64,000 nt of DNA from the NCBI GenBank assembly GCA_049522565.1, contig JBEKNT010000001.1:677-64676 (forward strand), in the 5' to 3' direction. Both the position numbers and the translations under genes were made by a program. Below the pieces are notes generated by a model, which did no database searches, was not told where the DNA came from, and worked only from the letters and a program-made list of their open reading frames with translations. This document shows, piece after piece, positions 58,207-64,000 of this stretch (the stretch's first letter is position 1; each line of letters opens with the position of its first letter). The DNA comes from Acetobacteraceae bacterium. Lineage in GTDB: Bacteria; Pseudomonadota; Alphaproteobacteria; Acetobacterales; Acetobacteraceae.

Positions 58207-60047
58207 TGCCCGACTCCCTGTTGCGCGTGCTGGCCTGCGGCAGCGTGGACGACGGCAAGTCCACCCTGATCGGCCGCCTGCTGTTCGAGTGCGGCACCAT
58301 CCCCGACGACGTGATGGCGGTGCTGGAGCGCGACTCCCGCCGCTTCGGCACCACCGGGGGCAACATCGACTACGCGCTGCTGGTCGACGGCCTGGCCGCC
58401 GAGCGCGACCAGGGCATCACCATCGACGTCGCCTACCGCTATTTCGAGACGCCGCGCCGGCGCTTCATCCTGGCCGACGCGCCCGGCCACCAGCAATACA
58501 CCCGCAACATGGTGACCGGCGCGTCCAACGCCGACCTGGCGATCGTGCTGATCGACGCCCGCAAGGGGGTGCTGGACCAGACCCGCCGGCACGCCGCCAT
58601 CGCGTCGATGCTCGGCATCCGCGACGTGGTGCTGGCGGTCAACAAGATGGACCTGGTGGGCTTCGAGCAGGCGGTGTTCGAGCGCATCGTCGCCGACTTT
58701 CACGCCGTGCTCGGCCATCTGCACGCGCTGGCGGTGACCGCGATCCCGGTCTGCGCGCGCGACGGCGACAACGTCACGCGGTCGAGCACCCGCATGCCAT
58801 GGTACCAGGGCGCGACGTTGCTGGCCGCGCTGGAGAGCGCCGAGCCGGGGCATGACGGCGACGGGCGAGCCTTCCGCCTGCCGGTGCAGTTGGTCAGCCG
58901 GCCGGACCAGACGTTCCGCGGCTATGCCGGCACCATCGCGGCCGGCACGCTGCGCCCCGGCGATACCGTGGTGAACGCCGCCTCGCGCGTCGAGGCCCGC
59001 GTCGCGCGCATCGTCACCATGGACGGCGAGCTGGATGTGGCGCGGCACGGCGATCCGGTGACGCTGGTGCTGGACCGCGAGATCGACGCCTCGCGCGGCG
59101 ACGTGCTGGCCGCCGCGCCGCTGCCGGCGCTGGCCGAGCGGATCGACGCGCGGGTGGTGTGGATGGACGACACCTCGCTGTTCCGCGGCCGGGCGTACCA
59201 GGTGATGCTGGGGACGCAGAGCGTGGTGGGCACGGTGACCGACATCACGTCGCGGCTCGACATCGAGACGCTGGAGGAGACCCCGGCGCGCGAGCTGCAC
59301 ATGAACGAGATCGGCCGGGTGGCGCTGTCGCTGTCGCACGCGGTGGCGTGCGAGCCATACGCCAACAGCCGCGAGCTGGGCGGGTTCATCCTGGTGGACC
59401 GGCTGACGCGGAACACCGTGGGTGCGGGGATGGTGACCGCGCTGCAAGGGGCGCGGGAGAACGTGTATTGGCACCAGCTCGACGTGGACAAGGCGGCGCG
59501 GGCGCTGCTGAACGGGCAGAAGCCGTCGGTGCTGTGGTTCACCGGGCTGTCGGGGGCGGGCAAGTCGACCATCGCCAACCTGGTGGAGAAGCGGCTGCAC
59601 GCGGTGGGCCGCCACACCATGATCCTGGACGGCGACAATGTGCGGCACGGGCTGAACCGCGATCTGGGGTTCACCGAGGCGGACCGGGTGGAGAACATCC
59701 GCCGGGTGGCGGAGGTGGCGAAGCTGTTCGTCGATGCCGGGCTGATCGTGCTGGTGTCGTTTATTTCCCCCTACCGGGCGGAGCGGATGCTGGCGCGCGA
59801 GGCGGTGGAGGACGGGGAGTTCCTGGAGATCTTCGTCGATACGCCGGTGGATGAGTGCCGGCGGCGGGATCCGAAGGGGCTGTACCGGCGGGCGGATGCC
59901 GGGCAGTTGCGGAATTTCACCGGGGTGGATGCGCCGTACGAGGCGCCGCTGGATCCGGAGATCCGGCTGCGCACGCTGGAACTCTCGCCCGAGGCGCTGG
60001 CCGAACAGGTGGTGCAGGAGCTGCAGCGAAGGGGGATCGTGGGGTAG
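58206..60047 (+). CDS. cysNC: Bifunctional sulfate adenylyltransferase subunit 1 / adenylylsulfate (APS) kinase
   Basis: The ATG overlaps the cysD stop (TGATG). GTPase motifs GSVDDGKSTLIGRL, DAPGHQQY, NKMD. C-terminal APS-kinase P-loop WFTGLSGAGKSTIANLV, FISPYRAER. Confidence 0.92.
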   Translation: MPDSLLRVLACGSVDDGKSTLIGRLLFECGTIPDDVMAVLERDSRRFGTTGGNIDYALLVDGLAAERDQGITIDVAYRYFETPRRRFILADAPGHQQYTRNMVTGASNADLAIVLIDARKGVLDQTRRHAAIASMLGIRDVVLAVNKMDLVGFEQAVFERIVADFHAVLGHLHALAVTAIPVCARDGDNVTRSSTRMPWYQGATLLAALESAEPGHDGDGRAFRLPVQLVSRPDQTFRGYAGTIAAGTLRPGDTVVNAASRVEARVARIVTMDGELDVARHGDPVTLVLDREIDASRGDVLAAAPLPALAERIDARVVWMDDTSLFRGRAYQVMLGTQSVVGTVTDITSRLDIETLEETPARELHMNEIGRVALSLSHAVACEPYANSRELGGFILVDRLTRNTVGAGMVTALQGARENVYWHQLDVDKAARALLNGQKPSVLWFTGLSGAGKSTIANLVEKRLHAVGRHTMILDGDNVRHGLNRDLGFTEADRVENIRRVAEVAKLFVDAGLIVLVSFISPYRAERMLAREAVEDGEFLEIFVDTPVDECRRRDPKGLYRRADAGQLRNFTGVDAPYEAPLDPEIRLRTLELSPEALAEQVVQELQRRGIVG

Positions 60048-60056
60048 CGGGCGGCT

Positions 60057-60157
60057 GTCATTGCGAGGCGCGCAGCGCCGAAGCAATCTTCCGCCTGACG
60101 CGCAGTGGCGGCTCGCCAGGCAGGGGATTGCTTCGGCGCTGCGCGCCTCGCAATGAC
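60057..60157. repeat. Intergenic palindromic repeat, family B (GTCATTGCGAGGCGCGCAGCGCCGAAGCAATC arms)
   Basis: Perfect 32-nt inverted arms at 60057-60088 and 60126-60157, separated by 37 nt. A partial third arm CGCAATGAC lies near 60172-60181. It starts 10 nt after the cysNC stop, so it may also terminate transcription. Confidence 0.8.
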
Positions 60158-60352
60158 GGGTAGGGCGGGAATCGCAATGACACGGTAACGGGTGGCTGCA
60201 CGCGTTGCACCCTCACGTTCTTATACCGAATCGCCACCTCCGTCTCATGTCCGGTTTGCGCCGATCGTGGGTTGACGCCCCCGCCACCCGGTGGGCAGCT
60301 TGCCCCGCGTTTTGCATCCACTCGGGTGCCGCCTCCTGGGAGGGAAAACCAA

Positions 60353-61369
60353 ATGCCGTCGACTGTCTCGCGCCGTACATTGCTGTCCGGCGTCGGTGGT
60401 GGCCTCGCCGCCGCCGCGATCCTGCGCCGCCCGGCCCACGCCGCCGAATTCTCCTACAAGTTCGCCAGCGTGCTGCCGCCCGATCACCCGATGATGCTTC
60501 GCTGCACCGAGGCAATCGCGAAGATCAAAGAGCAGAGCGGCGGGCGGTTCGAAATCACGCTTTACCCGAACAGCGCACTGGGCGCCGATACGTCGATGCT
60601 CGCGCAATGCGTGTCCGGCGCGGTCGAGATGTACGCGCTGCAAGGCGACCTTCTGGCGCCGCGCGTGCCGGCCGCCGGCATCATCGGCGTCGGCTTTGCC
60701 TTCCCCAGCTATAAGGAGGTCTGGCCCGCGATCGACGGCGAACTGGGCGACTTCGTGCGCGCACAGGCGGAAAAATCCAACATGATCTGCCTGAAGCGCG
60801 CCTGGGATCACGGTTTCCGCGAGATCACCTCGCGCAACAAGCCGATCAACTCGCCCGCCGACCTGAAAGGCTTCAAGATCCGCCTGCCGGTCGCACCGAT
60901 ACCGATCTCGCTGTTCAAACACCTCGGCGCGGCGCCGACCGCGATCAATTTCAGCGAGGTGTACAGCGCGCTGCAAACCGGCGTGGTGGACGGCCAGGAA
61001 AACCCGCTGGTCATCATCGATGCGGCGAAACTGTACGAGGTGGAAAAATACTGTGCGCTGACCAACCACCAGTGGGCGTGCTACCATGTCGCCTTCAACA
61101 TGGATGCCTGGAAGCGCCTGCCGCCGGACCTGCGTGACATGGCCGAGACCGTGTTCGATGCCGCGGCGCTCCAGGAGCGGCAGGATTGGGTCACCTCGGC
61201 GCAAACCTTGCAGGCGACGCTGAAGAGCAAGGGGATGATTTTCACCCAGCCCGACATGGCGCCGTTCCGGGCTGAACTCAGCAAGACCGGCTTCTATCCC
61301 GAAATGAAGGCGAAGATGGGCGATCAGGCCTGGGCGCTGCTGGAAAAATACGTCGGCACGCTGGCGTGA
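60353..61369 (+). CDS. TRAP transporter substrate-binding protein (DctP family)
   Basis: I place the start at ATG 60353 (GGGAGGGA upstream). Twin-arginine-type signal SRRTLLSGVGGGLAAAAILRRPAHA. DctP-like body (YKFASVLPPDHP..., LYPNSALG, FKIRLP). Confidence 0.9.
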   Translation: MPSTVSRRTLLSGVGGGLAAAAILRRPAHAAEFSYKFASVLPPDHPMMLRCTEAIAKIKEQSGGRFEITLYPNSALGADTSMLAQCVSGAVEMYALQGDLLAPRVPAAGIIGVGFAFPSYKEVWPAIDGELGDFVRAQAEKSNMICLKRAWDHGFREITSRNKPINSPADLKGFKIRLPVAPIPISLFKHLGAAPTAINFSEVYSALQTGVVDGQENPLVIIDAAKLYEVEKYCALTNHQWACYHVAFNMDAWKRLPPDLRDMAETVFDAAALQERQDWVTSAQTLQATLKSKGMIFTQPDMAPFRAELSKTGFYPEMKAKMGDQAWALLEKYVGTLA

Positions 61370-63252
61370 GCCTGCCGCCCGATCGTCCCGGCGCAGTCCT
61401 GCTGACGCGTCCTCCGTCCGCAGGGCTGCGCCGCGTCGCCTTTCTGCTCGACCGCGTCATCGGCACAGCGGCCGAGGGGATCGGCGCCGCCCTGGTGCTC
61501 GCCGAGGTGGCCATCCTGTTCTGCGGCGTCGTCGCCCGCTACGTGTTCGATGCGCCACTGATCTGGTCTGACGAACTCGCGACCTTCCTGTTCCTGTGGT
61601 TGTGCATGCTGGGCGCGGTCGTCGCGCTGCGCCGCGGCGGGCATATGCGATTGACCACGCTGGTCGCCTGGGTGCCGCCCGCGGTGGCCGCCTGGTTCGA
61701 GTCCATCGGCGCGCTGGTCGTCGTCGCGTTCGTGCTGGAGATCCTGCTGCCCGCCACGCAGTACGTGGATCAGCAGGCCTATACCGAGCTCACCACGCTG
61801 AATATTTCCGACGCCTGGCGGGCCGCGGCGATCCTGGTCGGCGGCATCATGGCGGCGGTCATTGCGGTGCTGCGCCTGCTGGAGACCGCCGGCCCACGCG
61901 CGCTGTTGGCAGGGGTGCTGACCGTCGGCGCGGTTGCGCTGGTCTTGTGGCTGGCCGAGCCGGCGCTCGTCGCAATGGGACGCGGCAGCCTGGTGCTGTT
62001 CTTCATCGTCATCGTCGGCACCTGCGTGGCGATCGGCGTGCCCATCGCCTTCGCGTTCGGCATCTCCACCGTGTCGTATCTGGCGCTGACCTCCACCATG
62101 CCGATCAGCGTGGTGGTGAACCGCATGGACGACGGCATGTCGAACCTGCTGCTGCTGTCGGTGCCGATGTTCGTGTTCCTCGGCTTGCTCATGGAGATGA
62201 CCGGCATCGCGCGGGTGATGGTGAATTTCCTCGCCTCGCTGCTTGGCCATGTACGCGGCGGGCTGTCCTACGTGCTGCTGGGGGCGATGTATCTCGTCTC
62301 CGGCATTTCCGGCTCCAAGGCCGCCGACATGGCTGCCGTCGCGCCGGTGTTGTTCCCCGAAATGCGCCGCCGGGGCACGCATCCCGGCGAGCTCGCCTGT
62401 CTGCTGGCATCCTCCTCGGCGATGTCGGAGACGATCCCGCCCAGCCTGGTGCTGATCACCATCGGCTCGGTGACCAATGTCTCGATCGCGGCGCTGTTCA
62501 CCGGCGGCTTGTTGCCCGCCGCGGTCGCAGCGCTGGCGCTGGTGGCGGTGGCATGGTGGCGTTCGCGCAATGAGGACACCGGCGGGGCCAGGCGACCGCC
62601 CGCACGGTTCATCCTGCGCAGCTTCGTCATCGCCGTCCCCGGCCTGACGCTGCCCTTCGTCATCCGCTTCGCCGTGATGAACGGCGTGGCAACCGCGACC
62701 GAGGTGTCCACGGTCGGCGTGATCTACACGGCGTTGCTCGGCGTCTTCGTCTATCGCCAATTCGACCTGCGCCGCATCTACCCGATCCTGGTCGAGACCC
62801 TGTCGCTGACCGGCGCGGTGATGCTGATCATCGGCACGGCGACCGCGATGGCCTGGGCGCTGACGCAATCCGGCTTCTCGCAATGGCTGGTGCAGGTGAT
62901 GGCCACGGTGCCGGGCGGCAAGGGCGGCTTCCTGGCGATCAGCATGGTGGTGTTCATCGTGCTCGGCAGCGCCCTGGAGGGCATTCCCGCCATCGTGCTG
63001 TTCGGCCCGCTGCTGTTCCCGGTGGCGCGCGCGCTGGGGGTGAACGAGGTCCATTACGCGATCGTGGTGATCCTGGCGATGGGCATCGGCCTGTTCGCGC
63101 CGCCGTTCGGCGTGGGCTTCTTCAGCGCTTGCGCGATCGGCCGGGTGTCCCCGGACGATGCGGTGTGGCGCATCTGGCCCTATCTGGCCGCACTGGTGGT
63201 CGCGCTGGCGGTGGTGGCCGCGGTGCCCTGGCTGTCGGTGGGCTTCCTGTAA
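61366..63252 (+). CDS. TRAP transporter fused small/large permease (DctQ-DctM)
   Basis: 628-aa polytopic ORF. The GTG overlaps the SBP stop (GTGA). N-terminal DctQ-like part (WSDELATFLFLWLCMLGAVVALRRGGHMRL) is followed by a DctM-like part (MDDGMSNLLLLSVPMFVFLG...). Confidence 0.9.
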   Translation: MSLPPDRPGAVLLTRPPSAGLRRVAFLLDRVIGTAAEGIGAALVLAEVAILFCGVVARYVFDAPLIWSDELATFLFLWLCMLGAVVALRRGGHMRLTTLVAWVPPAVAAWFESIGALVVVAFVLEILLPATQYVDQQAYTELTTLNISDAWRAAAILVGGIMAAVIAVLRLLETAGPRALLAGVLTVGAVALVLWLAEPALVAMGRGSLVLFFIVIVGTCVAIGVPIAFAFGISTVSYLALTSTMPISVVVNRMDDGMSNLLLLSVPMFVFLGLLMEMTGIARVMVNFLASLLGHVRGGLSYVLLGAMYLVSGISGSKAADMAAVAPVLFPEMRRRGTHPGELACLLASSSAMSETIPPSLVLITIGSVTNVSIAALFTGGLLPAAVAALALVAVAWWRSRNEDTGGARRPPARFILRSFVIAVPGLTLPFVIRFAVMNGVATATEVSTVGVIYTALLGVFVYRQFDLRRIYPILVETLSLTGAVMLIIGTATAMAWALTQSGFSQWLVQVMATVPGGKGGFLAISMVVFIVLGSALEGIPAIVLFGPLLFPVARALGVNEVHYAIVVILAMGIGLFAPPFGVGFFSACAIGRVSPDDAVWRIWPYLAALVVALAVVAAVPWLSVGFL

Positions 63253-63314
63253 AATCAACCCCTCCCGCGCGTAATACCAGCCGGCGTAAAGGTTGACTCA
63301 CCGGCCGCGTTCCG

Positions 63315-63428
63315 CGTCATGGCAGGCTCCGGTCGGCATCCACGACTTTCCTTGTTGCGAGCAACAAGGAAAGTCGTGGATGGCGACCGGAGCCTGCCCC
63401 CGGCGCTTGACCCGGGGGCGGCATGACG
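63315..63428. repeat. Intergenic repeat, family A, folded as a 38-bp-stem hairpin (63321-63358 / 63361-63398) plus extension
   Basis: GGCAGGCTCCGGTCGGCATCCACGACTTTCCTTGTTGC ga GCAACAAGGAAAGTCGTGGATGGCGACCGGAGCCTGCC with one mismatch, flanked by CGTCATG...CATGACG. It lies 63 nt after the TRAP permease stop and could act as a terminator. Confidence 0.8.
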
Positions 63429-63487
63429 ATGTCAGCGCTGTCCGTGGGTCAATCTTTTCGCCGGTTGGTATAAGTGCGGGAGAGGTT

Positions 63488-63664
63488 TCACCATCCGCCC
63501 AACCACAACCCGATCCCGTGCACCACGCCGACCGGGAAGAACGCCGCATCCGCGATCAGTAACGGACGCGGCCCGTTGCTGGCGCAAAACACCAACGAGG
63601 TGAGCCACGCCGCGTACGCACCCAGCGTCGGAACCGCGAAGAACAGTGCGGTTTGCCAATCCAT
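63488..63664 (-). CDS. Possible small membrane protein
   Basis: From internal ATG 63664: MDWQTALFFAVPTLGAYAAWLTSLVFCASNGPRPLLIADAAFFPVGVVHGIGLWLGGW, with two hydrophobic stretches. I recognise no family. Weak call. Confidence 0.3.
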   Translation of the reverse strand: MDWQTALFFAVPTLGAYAAWLTSLVFCASNGPRPLLIADAAFFPVGVVHGIGLWLGGW

Positions 63665-63765
63665 CGGTCCATCCCTGCGAACCCGTGACGCTTTCCCCAT
63701 CGCCGTCCCCCGCGCTCCCCCAACCCAGTTATCCTGCCTCCACGAATTCATAGCATGCGGCGCGC

Positions 63766-64000
63766 CTAGCCGGGCCAGGATTCCTGGTCCTGCGCATGCA
63801 ACGTGAACCCCGCCGGCCGACCTTCGACGCGCGCCGCTTCGGCCGGCGGTCGCGATGCATCCCAGGCGTTGGCGTCGAACCGGTAGCCGTTCACCTTGTC
63901 GGCCGCCCGCGACACCACGAAGAGCAGCGGCGGGACCATCTCCTCCGGCTCGACCAGGCGGGAGACGGTACCCGCACGGCTGCGGTCGCGCATCTCCTGC
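63766..64000 (-). CDS. C-terminal part of an SDR-like oxidoreductase (5' end beyond the window)
   Basis: ...SRLVEPEEMVPPLLFVVSRAADKVNGYRFDANAW... resembles the C-terminal segment of short-chain dehydrogenases. The frame stays open to nt 64000. Confidence 0.45.
   Translation of the reverse strand, partial: QEMRDRSRAGTVSRLVEPEEMVPPLLFVVSRAADKVNGYRFDANAWDASRPPAEAARVEGRPAGFTLHAQDQESWPG

Noticed and set aside
49104-63258. Antisense ORFs 49104-51062, 51217-52353, 52880-54634, 54688-56232, 58050-60086 and 61324-63258
   Set aside because: Each is opposite a gene with clear family motifs (HlyD, M50, SecA, cysNC, TRAP permease). Their compositions (Arg/His/Gln/Gly/Pro-rich) are typical of non-coding frames.
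18908-63428. Insertion sequences, prophage or integrative element, suggested by the many inverted repeats
   Set aside because: The elements are 55-230 bp with no transposase, integrase or phage genes anywhere in the window. They are best described as REP/MITE-like intergenic repeats.

Overview
Densely coding, very GC-rich (about two-thirds G+C by eye) alphaproteobacterium-like chromosomal segment. I saw no rRNA, tRNA, CRISPR array, transposase or integrase. (i) 1-2242(-) is the 5' part of a large secreted repeat protein with an HExxH motif and the start of a Hint domain, followed by an ABC-F ATPase. (ii) 4.4-18.8 kb is a TetR-associated catabolic island. It holds two convergent operons: acyl-CoA ligase, cyclase, Zn-ADH, two thiolase-like proteins and a DUF35 OB-fold protein on one strand; bicupin, TauD dioxygenase, amidohydrolase and a LivK-type binding protein on the other. 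An SDR and a second ligase follow. The same 15-nt AT-rich palindrome sits in front of both operons. (iii) 19.2-28.5 kb looks like a surface-glycoprotein module: GT2-TPR, GT71-like, GT62 (Anp1)-like fused to an HprK-like P-loop domain, GT4, a PqqD-family protein, a Tat-signal plus PEP-CTERM protein built of Ser/Pro blocks and 11 tandem GPIGSNLG octads, a TPR protein, and a prolyl-hydroxylase-like 2OG oxygenase. (iv) A SapC-family gene and a 19.2-kb gene for a 6402-aa LEPR-XLL-type giant repeat protein are followed by a tightly coupled cassette: GAF-HlyD adaptor, PqqD-like/M50 site-2-protease/HlyD fusion, truncated SecA paralogue, and a third HlyD-type adaptor. The cassette has no ABC, RND or MFS pump. 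This is my top candidate for an undescribed export system. (v) cysD-cysNC, a TRAP transporter and a partial SDR close the window. Three families of short palindromic intergenic repeats mark operon boundaries. Most long antisense ORFs in the track are GC-driven artefacts. All family calls come from motif recognition by eye; no database search was run.
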